A DNA stretch of 64,000 nt from Thermoproteota archaeon (GCA_029258835.1 JAPDJY010000030.1:99606-163605), one strand, 5' to 3'; shown: positions 40,850 through 50,590, counted from the first letter of the stretch. Notes: generated from the sequence alone by a model not told the origin. Program-made: numbers and translations.

Positions 40850-41470
40850 CCGTCAACCTACACCCCACCAAAAACCCCAACCAGCCCCAAACCCCTAAGC
40901 AACCTCAACCTACCAGCAAGCGTCCCAGAATTACCAACAACACACCTAAAATCACTAAACCTAGCCTCCCCCCCTCCACCAAAAACCTAAGCAAACCCAA
41001 AACACAACGACCAATCAAAAACACCACCAAACCACACACTATACAAAAACACATTTAAAACTTAACCAAAAATACACCAACACCAAAACACAAAAACACA
41101 AATACACCAAACAACCACACCCACCAACCACACAAGCCACCAAACAACACAAACCCAGCAACCCCCAAAAGAAAACACCCAACAACCAACAGAAACCCCC
41201 ATCACCACACCTCAACACACCCCACAAAACCCCAACCCCATCCAAAAACCCCCACACCCACCCCAACCCCCAAGACCACCACTACAAACTTAATGAAATA
41301 ATTCCCTAATGCAAAATCTGCACAAAAAACGTTTAATCAAACCCTATCAAACCTTCAACCCCCATCCGGAAACCCCCTCTACAAGCCAACACCCTAACCC
41401 ACCACCCCGACACTACCCTCACCCTCCTCCACCCCCAACATCCAAGAACCCCCCTACAAGTCGGAACGAG
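40850..41470. repeat. Extremely C/A-rich (G/T-rich on the minus strand) low-complexity tract
   Basis: Very few G on the + strand over several hundred bp. Confidence 0.85.
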
Positions 41471-41639
41471 CATTATCATAATGACAGTTATGATAACCAC
41501 CTCAACCTCCACACCCAGAAACCCTCCTGCAAGCAAACTTTTTCGTTAAGACGTGATAACAAGCTGATAATGTCCTCCAACCCCCAGAGCCCCTTTTACA
41601 AGCCATTTCACACCTCCTCTCAAACAGGGTTGAAGAGCG

Positions 41640-41675
41640 CTCTCAACCCCCATGTCTGGGGACTCTTTTTGCAAG
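41640..41675 (-). CRISPR. Solitary CRISPR repeat
   Basis: 34/36 identical to the main array repeat. Confidence 0.9.
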
Positions 41676-41678
41676 GTG

Positions 41679-41704
41679 GGTGGTTCAAATCCACCCCGCT
41701 ACCA
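41679..41704 (+). other. tRNA 3' fragment (initiator-Met-like), probable att site
   Basis: GGTGG-TTCAAAT-CCACC T arm followed by CCGCT-A-CCA. Confidence 0.65.
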
Positions 41705-41789
41705 ATAGCTTTTTCTTATCTTCTAGAGGGAGTTTCTTCCGTTTCTTACCAACCTTTTTCTGTTTTAGCGCTAGGGGTTGGTAAGAAGG

Positions 41790-41938
41790 CAGAAACGCTC
41801 ACAGAAACATGGGCAGAAACACCAGAAACGGGCAGAAACCATCAGAACCATGCAGAAAACGCAAAAACAGAAACGATCTTCCCTTCGTGATAAGACCGTT
41901 CCCGTTTCTGTTTCTGCGTTTTCTGTTTCCGTTTCTGG
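41790..41938. repeat. Head-to-head CAGAAAC/GTTTCTG heptamer array
   Basis: About 8 forward copies (some imperfect), a short central spacer, then about 4-5 inverted copies. Confidence 0.8.
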
Positions 41939-42605
41939 CGCCCCCTCTCCCAAGATCGAATTTATGAACTCCCCCAGTAGTGGAATGCTTTGTTGGTGGG
42001 TTTAGGGTAGGCTTTAGGGGTGCTTAAGGAGGTGCTTAAGGGTGGGTTGAAGAACTGTTAAAACACCTGTTCTAACAGTATTTCATATGGCATATTGAAG
42101 AGGCAATGCCAACTCGCCATATGCGGCAGTCAGACTGAAGCTGACATACTAGAACATGAAAGCAAATTAAATTCAAACAAAAATAGATTTTTATTTCCTT
42201 TTGGCCTCCTGAGGAACCCATGTATTTTCGGGGCATTTCCAGAGCTGGAGAACTCTGCTGGCGTTTCACAATCTTAGGCTGGCAACCCTACAAAATGAAT
42301 TTCTGTCCATTTTAGTCTGAATTCTGTAGCATCCTAGTGTGCGCCTGCCACACTAGCTGAACTGGTAGGGATGCAGGCTTCGCCCGTTCAATAGTAATTA
42401 TCCATCTTGAGTGGCTTAGGTCAGAAGGGCTTGTTTTAAGGGAGAAAAGCTTGTGCTAGGGAGGGGCTCTCCTCCTATATAGGTAGTTGGTTCAAGCGTT
42501 TGTATGGTGCAATTACAGATATATGGTATCCTGTCGCCCATATGTATGAAGAGGTTTTATGCCGTTCCATCGTTGCGTTCTGTTCCCCGTTCCGCCCTTT
42601 GGGGG

Positions 42606-42764
42606 ATGGAGAGTGCCCGTTCCCGTGGATGTTGGAAAAGGATTGAGGAAAACCTAAGGCTTGTGGAGTCCGGTGAGCTGAGCCCCGCTAAGCTGGCCGA
42701 GCGGCACGACGTGTCCAAGAGCACCGTCTACCGTATGCAAAAGGCTGAGGAAGCAGGCGGATGA
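42606..42764 (+). CDS. Small HTH protein
   Basis: SPAKLAERHDVSKSTVYR. Confidence 0.55.
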   Translation: MESARSRGCWKRIEENLRLVESGELSPAKLAERHDVSKSTVYRMQKAEEAGG

Positions 42765-42930
42765 GGCAAAGGAGGAGGTTGCTCCACCCGGTTCTCGCTT
42801 TTCTTATCAACTCTCCCGCCCCCACTACCCCAAAAAAGTTGGTAAGACGCGCCCTATGTAACTGTTGTGTTTTAAGTAGGTTTATATGCTTGTTTGGTTT
42901 GTTTAGTTCATATGGAAAAATGTGAAAGGG

Positions 42931-43140
42931 ATGTTGAGGGCCAGCGAAGTCGCGAGGGTGCTAAACGTCGATAGGCATGCTGTGGCTAGGTGGATCAAGG
43001 AAGGGAAGATTAGGGCGGTGAGGTTCCCGAGCGGGAGGTACAGGATTCCTGAGGGTGAGGTGAGGAAGATACTTGAAGGTGGCTGTTAAGTCGTACAGGA
43101 TCCCCGTAGAAGCTCCGGGAGACCTAAGGGAAGCGTGTTT
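42931..43140 (+). mobile_element. IS607-like remnant: 52-aa MerR/Xis-type HTH gene (42931-43089) plus truncated tnpB start
   Basis: MLRASEVARVLNV..WIKEGKIRAV..YRIPE resembles the tnpA HTH at 32.8 kb; overlapping stub AVKSYRIPVEAP. Confidence 0.6.
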
Positions 43141-43329
43141 CGGAAAACAAACAAAAACCGATGAAAAGGAAAAACGGCAACGTTGGTAAGACGCGACATT
43201 ATATTTTATTCAAGATGCTAAGGTTCTGTTAGGTTTTCGGTTGACGGAGGTAAACGTTAAATTCGGTTGACGGGATCTGTTGATTTAAGGGTTATTCCAT
43301 TCGGTTGGAACCCCCTACTTCAGCGGGGG

Positions 43330-44082
43330 TCATATTCGGGAACCATATTCTGTACGGAGGACTCCAAGCCATTCTTCGAGGAACTCTTTTTCTTCACTTT
43401 TTAAATCGTTAAACTCTCTCCTCGATTTTATCAGGTCATTTGCAAGAACCTCTATTCTCGTGAAGCTTCCAAGTTCCTCGGGGGGGAGACCATAGGTTTG
43501 AATATATTTGATGGTGGTAGAGAGTAGTGCTTCGTCGAATGCTTCAGCTTCCGGAGTGCCCTCATAAGGTGCTTCTTCCACCAGAAGATGCCATAGCTTC
43601 GCAAAAGCATTCTTGATTCTGTAAAAGGGGTGGTTCATGGGGAGGAATGCTCCCCGTTCTAATTGCTTCCTTATTGCGTATTCTTTTCGCATCTCGTGGG
43701 TCGACTTCACGAAGTCTTCCGGGTCAACTACAATTATTTTCTCAGGCAGGTGTTTTCTCCACTCAGCTGGTTTCATGCCCAGAACCTCATCAGCGTCATC
43801 ATTGAGAACGATTAGGATGTCCACCTCGTTTTTCCTATGTCCATGACGAATGAAGTTACTCGATTTGGTTTCAACCTCAACAACCACTTTCTTCCCATTG
43901 TAAATCCCTTTAAAGTCGTAGCCTGTTTTAAAGGGCCCCTTAAGGTCGTCGAAACCCAGCTTCCTGTAGTTGTTTTTAACGTATAACTGCAGCCAATACT
44001 CTCTAAAGTTCCCCTTTTCAGCGCGCTCCACCGTCCTTCTAAAGTTTGCATCATCCTTATACATATTCATCGCAGCCTCCAA
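43330..44082 (-). CDS. PD-(D/E)XK nuclease domain protein
   Basis: GYD...VEVETKSSNF..HGH...D. Confidence 0.7.
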   Translation of the reverse strand: MEAAMNMYKDDANFRRTVERAEKGNFREYWLQLYVKNNYRKLGFDDLKGPFKTGYDFKGIYNGKKVVVEVETKSSNFIRHGHRKNEVDILIVLNDDADEVLGMKPAEWRKHLPEKIIVVDPEDFVKSTHEMRKEYAIRKQLERGAFLPMNHPFYRIKNAFAKLWHLLVEEAPYEGTPEAEAFDEALLSTTIKYIQTYGLPPEELGSFTRIEVLANDLIKSRREFNDLKSEEKEFLEEWLGVLRTEYGSRI

Positions 44083-44418
44083 ACATTCACCAACTCATCA
44101 CCTAAAGACAGATTATGTTGAATATACCTTTTAACGTTTAACTTATCAACCGAATTTAACACCTGCTTTTTCATCAACCGAAAACTTAACAGAACCAGAT
44201 GCAGAATGATATCATTCCCCCTTTTAATTACACACAAGCACCTTTTCAAAATGCACGCACACCTAACTTTCGACGCAACGGCTTTTCCACCGTTTCTTAC
44301 CAACTCCTTCACCCTTGAAACCGGGAAAAAACAGTTGGTAAGACGGGCAAACGAAAACAAGCAAAACCCGATGAAAAGGATATAACAATAGTTGGAACAC
44401 CTGTTCCAACACCCTTAC

Positions 44419-44661
44419 AAAACGTCGCTAAGAAAGCTTATGAATTCATTCATGGGATGAATTGGGGGAGGCGGGTGGGAAATTTTTTATGTTTTGAAGC
44501 CGATAGGGGTGCTGAAGCGAGGCTGGAGCTATAAGTTCCAGTCAGGGCTGCGGTGAGCCAGCCCTTAACACGCCGTGAAGCCCCGGCTCCGGAGCGGTGC
44601 TCCTAAAAGAGCCGGAGTGGAGAGGCGTGAAGCTCCCGACTTTAGTCGCGGAGCAGCTCAC
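44419..44661 (+). mobile_element. Non-autonomous IS200/IS605 derivative retaining an omegaRNA-like region
   Basis: Follows TTAC; left-end hairpin CTTATGAA/TTCATGGG; TATA at 44484; right-end hairpin GCTCCCGAC/GTCGCGGAGC; ends in TCAC. Confidence 0.7.
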
Positions 44662-44764
44662 GTAGGAAAGCAAATTTACTTCCATAAAAGAAAAAGACTG
44701 TAAGAAGTATACATTAAAATATATAATTAGAAAAAATTTCTATTTATAGAGGTTTGGGTGGTGT

Positions 44765-45820
44765 TTGATTATGTCTGGCGAACATGATGATGTGAAGTCG
44801 CTTATTGACAATTTAAGGGCGGAGGCGGCAAGCTTTGAGGAAGAGTTTAAAGAGACTCATTCGAGGGCTTTAAGGTTGCTTAGAGAGTTTCTTGCAAAGT
44901 TTCCCTTCTCCCAAGATCCTTCAAGCATCGATAGTTTGACGGAGATCGATGTTTATAATCCTGGCAGCCACGATTACTTCTTCTATTGGGTTGAGCATAA
45001 GCTTAAGCCTTTAGGTCACATTGCCGTCGGCAGCTCTAAGCCGTTTAAAAATGCGGCTGAGAATCTTGAGGTCTTCAAAGACCTGCTGAAGAAGGTTGTA
45101 GATCCAAAACTAAGTCTCTCCCAGAAGGTAGATGCGGAATGGGGGAAAATTAAGGGTTTGGGGGGAGACAGACACATTGCAAAGAAGATAATTTTCCTCT
45201 ATAATTTCGATCAGGTTATACCCATCTTTAAGACGGAGGATCTCGAGTATTTTGTTGAGAAGTTTAAGCTCGACAAGGAAGGTGAAGCCAAGAGTATCTT
45301 CGGTAAGCCATATGAGGAGCTATCGGTCGGGCAGAAATTCGAGGTTCTAAACAGGTTGCTCTCATCATTCAAGTCGCAGATCCAAGAATTCAAGAAATGG
45401 GATAACTTTATGTTCGAGAGTTTTCTCTACAAGATATTTAAGCCGCCGAGCCCAAGATTATCCGCATCCTACAGCGTTCAGGGCAGACCTCCACAGCCCC
45501 TCGGCAAGGCAGGGTTGCTATATGAGCCTCAAAGCGAGCTGGAGGTTATAGTTCTATTCGCAATGTACCATAGGGAGCTGGGATTCCCATACATACTTCG
45601 GGTTGGATCAGAATTTCCAGACGCCATCGTTCTAGATGAGAACGGCGAGAGAAAGAGTATAGAGTTCGAGTTGTTCAGCAAATCTTTCCTTCAGCATAAG
45701 CATCCCATAAGTGAATGCGATTACATTGTCTGCTGGGAGGACAACTGGAAGGATCCACCCGAAGAAGTTGCATCGAAAATAATATCGCTAAAGGAACGGT
45801 TACAAGACATACTGGGATAG
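44765..45820 (+). CDS. Putative restriction-type nuclease: N-terminal recognition domain plus C-terminal PD-(D/E)XK domain
   Basis: FPDA...IEFE..SKSF..HKH...CDYIVCW. Confidence 0.75.
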   Translation: MIMSGEHDDVKSLIDNLRAEAASFEEEFKETHSRALRLLREFLAKFPFSQDPSSIDSLTEIDVYNPGSHDYFFYWVEHKLKPLGHIAVGSSKPFKNAAENLEVFKDLLKKVVDPKLSLSQKVDAEWGKIKGLGGDRHIAKKIIFLYNFDQVIPIFKTEDLEYFVEKFKLDKEGEAKSIFGKPYEELSVGQKFEVLNRLLSSFKSQIQEFKKWDNFMFESFLYKIFKPPSPRLSASYSVQGRPPQPLGKAGLLYEPQSELEVIVLFAMYHRELGFPYILRVGSEFPDAIVLDENGERKSIEFELFSKSFLQHKHPISECDYIVCWEDNWKDPPEEVASKIISLKERLQDILG

Positions 45821-45943
45821 CAGTGTATAGTTCATATTTAGATAGCCGCTCAAGAAGATATTTTAGAAAACCTAACGGAAGAATGCCGGTTCTGATGAAG
45901 TCAAAATTCGAAGTGAACTATTAGAGCGCTTTCAATATCCCTA

Positions 45944-46654
45944 TTAACCAGCCGATGACCGACGAGACCTTTTAACCAGCTTTTCAAATCGTCTCAATCG
46001 AAGCAACAGGCCGAGGTCCTCGAGTAACCTCAGGAATAATCCTGGTCTTGGAGGCTCTTCATGCCTTAATATGAACTTTTCCCGGAGGTTTTTCCGGAAG
46101 AACCTGATGTAGAGTGTCCTGAGCTCTCCAAATCGATTAGAATAACTTACCTCAAAAGTGAACCCTTCAAGATCTTTGGGTGCCTCCCACACGGTCCATG
46201 AACAAAGGGGCTCTTCCTCGTTTGGTGGAAGACACTCGATCAGGTCTGTATGAAGCCACTTTTCCCACTCGTCTGGTTTCACGGGCAGAAGCGTCTCATC
46301 AAGCACCCTCACGAGCATCACGTTATAAGCGGGCCAGTCGCTGATATTCTTGAGCTTGAGAATCCTTGTATGTATCGTGCTAGCTCCATATATACCCGAA
46401 TGATCCATTCTTACAGCGAAACTAGGCTCTGATTGGTAGCGTGCGAGAGCTTGCTGTCTCATCCCTAGCTCCGCCTGAGCCCAAAGGAGGAGGAGCTGAA
46501 AGTAGATAAGCACAGGGATCAGCGCGTTTAAACCGTACGTATAAAAGAGAAGAGCAGGAACCAGCGTGAATAAGAAGATGACTTTAAGCGGAATAAACAA
46601 CCTTCTAAGCTTAATAGTTGCTTTTCCGCCCTTCAACCGAGGCTTCCTCCACAA
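45944..46654 (-). CDS. Hypothetical membrane protein
   Basis: Two N-terminal hydrophobic helices followed by a beta-rich domain. Confidence 0.65.
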   Translation of the reverse strand: MWRKPRLKGGKATIKLRRLFIPLKVIFLFTLVPALLFYTYGLNALIPVLIYFQLLLLWAQAELGMRQQALARYQSEPSFAVRMDHSGIYGASTIHTRILKLKNISDWPAYNVMLVRVLDETLLPVKPDEWEKWLHTDLIECLPPNEEEPLCSWTVWEAPKDLEGFTFEVSYSNRFGELRTLYIRFFRKNLREKFILRHEEPPRPGLFLRLLEDLGLLLRLRRFEKLVKRSRRSSAG

Positions 46655-47240
46655 AAAAGATGCTCTCCCCCCATCAAAAACCTTTCAATATCAACCATTC
46701 AACAAAACTGAAAAACTCAATAATTCTTAGCTAATTCTTAGGCATTTCTTCTTATCAAGATTTTCCTGCTTGGTAAAACTGTTGAACGTCCCAGCCTTAT
46801 TTTAGGTAGTGTTCCAGTTCCCTTTCGCTTACGATCCCTTTAGGGTCATTATTGTCAGCTTTTCGGAATACGGAATAGACACCTAAATTTTGCAAGTAAA
46901 AGATGAAACCTTTTATTAGACTCCTAAAGAATTAAGGAATTATTTTAATGCCCTGATACGGGTAGCATCTAAACCCGGGTACGCTAAGCCCTAGTAGTAT
47001 ATGAGGACTAATTTATAAAAAGCAGAGGAAGTCCATGAGCTACCTATGGGCTTCGAACTCCTCGAGCAACTCCGGGTCTCCCCTCTCAACCGTTCTTAAT
47101 TGTATCCCTCTGGAAATCCAAGAATCCTAACTATGTGGAATTAAATATGGACTCAAAAAAATAGGTGAGGATTTGTGGCTTAAAGTGCCGGGGATATCGC
47201 CAGCTGTCGACGGTTCGAAGCCCACCACCATCGTCTTTAG

Positions 47241-47345
47241 CTTTCAATCCCCGTGCTTAGGGACTCTTTTTTGCAAGAGTAGCTTAAAGTTGTAAGAGGA
47301 CGGTTAAAATTGCCTTTCAACTCCATCTTAGGGGCTCTTTCTGCT
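47241..47345 (-). CRISPR. Mini-array: two degenerate repeats and one spacer
   Basis: CTTTCAATCCCCGTGCTTAGGGACTCTTTTTTGCAAG, a ~36-nt spacer, then a more degenerate TTTCAACTCCATCTTAGGGGCTCTTTCTGC. Confidence 0.75.
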
Positions 47346-47391
47346 TAAGATGAGGCTCACCTTAGAGGGGTGCCGATTTATAAAATTTGAA

Positions 47392-48363
47392 TTATGTTAA
47401 AATATTCCAGATACCAAATTTCTCTATAACAATATCAATATCACAGGCGAATAGTGAGCCGGGGGTGATACAAATTTTTGCAATTTGAGTTATTTTTTGC
47501 CCTGAACCCCTTTCACCCCAGTCTCGCCCAACAAGTGGTTCAATGTCACCCCTAATCAATTTAGCGTCCAGATTTTCAATGTTAACATGGGAAAGGGCAA
47601 TAAAATGCCCGCTTTCGCCACTAACTGTTAATTGTTCTTTCGTAGTATCGATTACCATTCCAGAATCAAATAGGTCGATTTCCTCCTTGTTAGAGCTTTC
47701 TAAAAGTATTTTCACCCTTCCAAATCCATAATTTCTCTCTCCCCCAATCCATATTTCGTTTAATTTAACTTCATTAACTTCAATAGAATTAGTAAATGAT
47801 ATCTCAATCTTGACCTTATTCTTTTCTACTTCAAGTTCTAATGGTATATTCTTTACAAAAAGATAACCTACGAAAATTGTAGGTTTAATTCTTTCATTAC
47901 GCTTTATTTTATCCTTAATAAATTCAATCTCGTGAAGAGAACCTTCTTCTGCTGATCTTGAGGTCTTGTCTAGAGCTGTCGAGACAAAGGAAGAGATAAA
48001 CATTTGTTCAAATTCTTCTGAAGGAACAGACTCTCTATTTTTACACACTCCAAACCTTAGTCCATTCTTGGTATAGCATGGAGCAAAAACCTGTTGAACT
48101 TCTATCTTTTCGTTTCTTCTTCTGTATTCCACAGGGTAAAAGTAGGAGAACTTAATGTTTTCATTAAGAAATTCGCCGACTCTTTGATATACCTTTGGGC
48201 GGTAGTCTTTCATAACACTCTTAGCAACCAGATTTGTTAATGCGCCCCAAACATTCTTCGCTGGGATATAGTACCTAGTTCTGTCGACTATACCTAACCT
48301 TGCACCGTAACCAATGTGTATTGGTGCCTTTGCCTCCAGATAAAGTTTATAGCACACCCACAT
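47392..48363 (-). CDS. cmr3: Type III-C Cas5-group RAMP (Cmr3-like)
   Basis: PIHIG, YIPAKNVWGAL, IGGERNYGFG and PGS motifs; last gene of the operon. Confidence 0.8.
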   Translation of the reverse strand: MWVCYKLYLEAKAPIHIGYGARLGIVDRTRYYIPAKNVWGALTNLVAKSVMKDYRPKVYQRVGEFLNENIKFSYFYPVEYRRRNEKIEVQQVFAPCYTKNGLRFGVCKNRESVPSEEFEQMFISSFVSTALDKTSRSAEEGSLHEIEFIKDKIKRNERIKPTIFVGYLFVKNIPLELEVEKNKVKIEISFTNSIEVNEVKLNEIWIGGERNYGFGRVKILLESSNKEEIDLFDSGMVIDTTKEQLTVSGESGHFIALSHVNIENLDAKLIRGDIEPLVGRDWGERGSGQKITQIAKICITPGSLFACDIDIVIEKFGIWNILT

Positions 48364-48367
48364 GTGA

Positions 48368-48994
48368 TCACCTTAAAGACCTGGCCCTGTAGAGGGCGTA
48401 GGTTAGCATTTGCTCTAAGATTTGTTTAATGAAGAACATTTGGGGTATATCACTGCAAACTTCTAGAACCTCGTCTCTTAATTTATCGGGATCGCCACTA
48501 AATCTACCCTCTGCTCCGAAAATTTCGTGTAAAAATTTAGACATTTGATACTTAATTGCACAATAACTTTCTTCCTCTTTCTTAGACTCAATCCAGACTA
48601 TAGAAGCAAAGACACCCTCTGTTGATAATATACCCAAGACTTTTCTTAGGGAACTTTCACATTCGTTAGCAAAATCAGAAAAATTCCTTTCTCTAGTGAA
48701 CTTTTCAATTTTTTCTTCATCGCTAATATTCGAACTTTGAATCCTTTCTGCAAATTTTACAAGGTTATTAAGTACACCCATTTTTGTATAATTATTAAAA
48801 TTTTTTACATCTTCAGGCAAGGAATTGATAACAGCTCCATAAATGTCCTTTGCAACTTTTATCAGATCTGTCAAGTCCTTCTTCTGTAGCTCTTTAAGCT
48901 TCCTATTCAGCGTGTTGTATATTTCTAGAGCATAGTCACAAATTCTGAATCCGTACTCAGCGCATTTTTCATCAATGTTGACGTTTTCAACCAT
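48368..48994 (-). CDS. cmr5: Cas11 small subunit (Cmr5-like) with insertion
   Basis: All-helical; LRKVLGILSTEGVFA and LEQMLTYALYRARS; position in the operon. Confidence 0.8.
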   Translation of the reverse strand: MVENVNIDEKCAEYGFRICDYALEIYNTLNRKLKELQKKDLTDLIKVAKDIYGAVINSLPEDVKNFNNYTKMGVLNNLVKFAERIQSSNISDEEKIEKFTRERNFSDFANECESSLRKVLGILSTEGVFASIVWIESKKEEESYCAIKYQMSKFLHEIFGAEGRFSGDPDKLRDEVLEVCSDIPQMFFIKQILEQMLTYALYRARSLR

Positions 48995-48996
48995 TT

Positions 48997-50175
48997 TTAC
49001 ACTTCCTTATTTGCTTCTTCCCAGATAGAAGCTATCTTTTGTGCTTCTTCACTAATCGATTTAACCTTCTCTTTTAGCTCAATTATTCTTGCACTTATTT
49101 CCTCCTTCTCTTCTGGTTCCGCTTTCTCTAATCTCTTTTCTAATTCTTTTACCTCATTTACGAAATTTTGGGCTTGTATTTCGCTCAATTTCACCTTGTC
49201 ATACCGTTTATCCAGACCAAATAATTTTAACCTGCCAAACCCCCTCGTCCCCATCCCCCCGACGCCCAAGAACTCGAATAACACGAATCCGGTTTCTACA
49301 GTACTGACAATATCGTTTAATCCTAAACTCAATCCAAAATGTTCAGGCTTTTGGTATACAACATCAAAGTAGAATATCGTTGTTCTCGGTATAGCTTCGT
49401 ACGTAAATAACGCACCTTCTTCAGCAGCTCCAGTAGTCGGATCTATTGAAACCGACGTCCTCACCTCCAAGTTGGAATTTACTATCTGAGAAAACACCGA
49501 GTCGCTGACAATAACGAGTCTTTTAAATACATCCTCCACGTCAAAACCTCTATTTTTAAATTTCAACCGACTGCCATCTGCCTCAAATGTCGTTTCTGAA
49601 GTTATGCTATGCGTTATAACTTGACCATTTTCCCTTTTCAATTGAAGCAATAGCCAGCCAAAATTCAGGTATCCAACGTTTACTAGCTTTGATTCTAAAT
49701 ACTTCGACACTATGCATAACTCACTTTCGTCAAGATCCTGCCATGCAGCTTGGTCAACCTTCAATTCCCTAAGCCTACTTGGACAGGTAACCCAGATCGG
49801 GCCTATAAGAGAAGCAACCGGGAAGAACAGTATTTTTGCATCTGAAAATAGAGCTAAACCCTGGAGACTTTTAGGTTTTTCAACTAATTCACTGTCGGTA
49901 TATCCAAACGAAACGCATATAGGGCAGTCTTTGTTTCCCTTAGGGCATCTTCTTTTATGTTCTTCCTTGCTTGCACATGCAGGTTGCCTAAATTGAAATG
50001 CTGCATATGCCCTTGTTGCGCCTTCTATACTCGTCCCCGGTATTTTTGGTACTCCATCAAAATCCCTAAGCGTTGGATTGTCAACTCTTCCGAGCGTGTA
50101 GCCTCCTGTGCCAACGTGTATTGGGTCTATCGCCATTCCGAAATAGATTTTCTTCTCGTATATTTCATCCACCAT
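48997..50175 (-). CDS. cmr4: Cas7 RAMP Cmr4
   Basis: DPIHVGTGG..LGRVDN, PKIPGTS, GALFTYEAIP and GGMGTRGFG motifs. Confidence 0.93.
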   Translation of the reverse strand: MVDEIYEKKIYFGMAIDPIHVGTGGYTLGRVDNPTLRDFDGVPKIPGTSIEGATRAYAAFQFRQPACASKEEHKRRCPKGNKDCPICVSFGYTDSELVEKPKSLQGLALFSDAKILFFPVASLIGPIWVTCPSRLRELKVDQAAWQDLDESELCIVSKYLESKLVNVGYLNFGWLLLQLKRENGQVITHSITSETTFEADGSRLKFKNRGFDVEDVFKRLVIVSDSVFSQIVNSNLEVRTSVSIDPTTGAAEEGALFTYEAIPRTTIFYFDVVYQKPEHFGLSLGLNDIVSTVETGFVLFEFLGVGGMGTRGFGRLKLFGLDKRYDKVKLSEIQAQNFVNEVKELEKRLEKAEPEEKEEISARIIELKEKVKSISEEAQKIASIWEEANKEV

Positions 50176-50590
50176 TTCCGCCTCCTGAAATACTTATCCT
50201 TTTTAACTCCAACTTATCATAAACATCATCATCTGAAATAATTGAACGATCATACGTTTCAGCAGAAGCAGCTATTAAAGAGTCAAAGAAGGTTGCCCCA
50301 TGCCTATTTTCTATTGATATTTGCCTTAAAATTAAATTCTTATCGAGAGTTTTTATCTCTTTTATCCCATATTCTTTACAGATCTCATTAATTTTCTGGA
50401 AGATTACTTTGACTGCACCAGTCTTCCCTCGATTTCTCAGCACTATATAGGTTTCTAAGAGTGCAATGTCAGAAACAGCAACGTTCTTAATCTCTCCTGT
50501 TTTGATCTTCTCTAACACTTTAATAACATCATGGTGTCTTGGATCACTAGGATTTAATCCAAATATGAACTCTGTATCAAGGATCGGCAT
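50165..50590 (-). CDS. VapC-like PIN-domain ribonuclease
   Basis: Acidic residues present in ILDTE, LLE, FFDS and ISDD. Confidence 0.9.
   Translation of the reverse strand: MPILDTEFIFGLNPSDPRHHDVIKVLEKIKTGEIKNVAVSDIALLETYIVLRNRGKTGAVKVIFQKINEICKEYGIKEIKTLDKNLILRQISIENRHGATFFDSLIAASAETYDRSIISDDDVYDKLELKRISISGGGNGG

Noticed and set aside
41039-42005. ORFs of 60-193 aa over the skewed and repeat region
   Set aside because: Low-complexity artefacts spanning a CRISPR repeat and a heptamer array.
47205-47232. GGTTCGAAGCCC T-loop-like word as a second att site
   Set aside because: No proper T stem and no match to the fragment at 41679.
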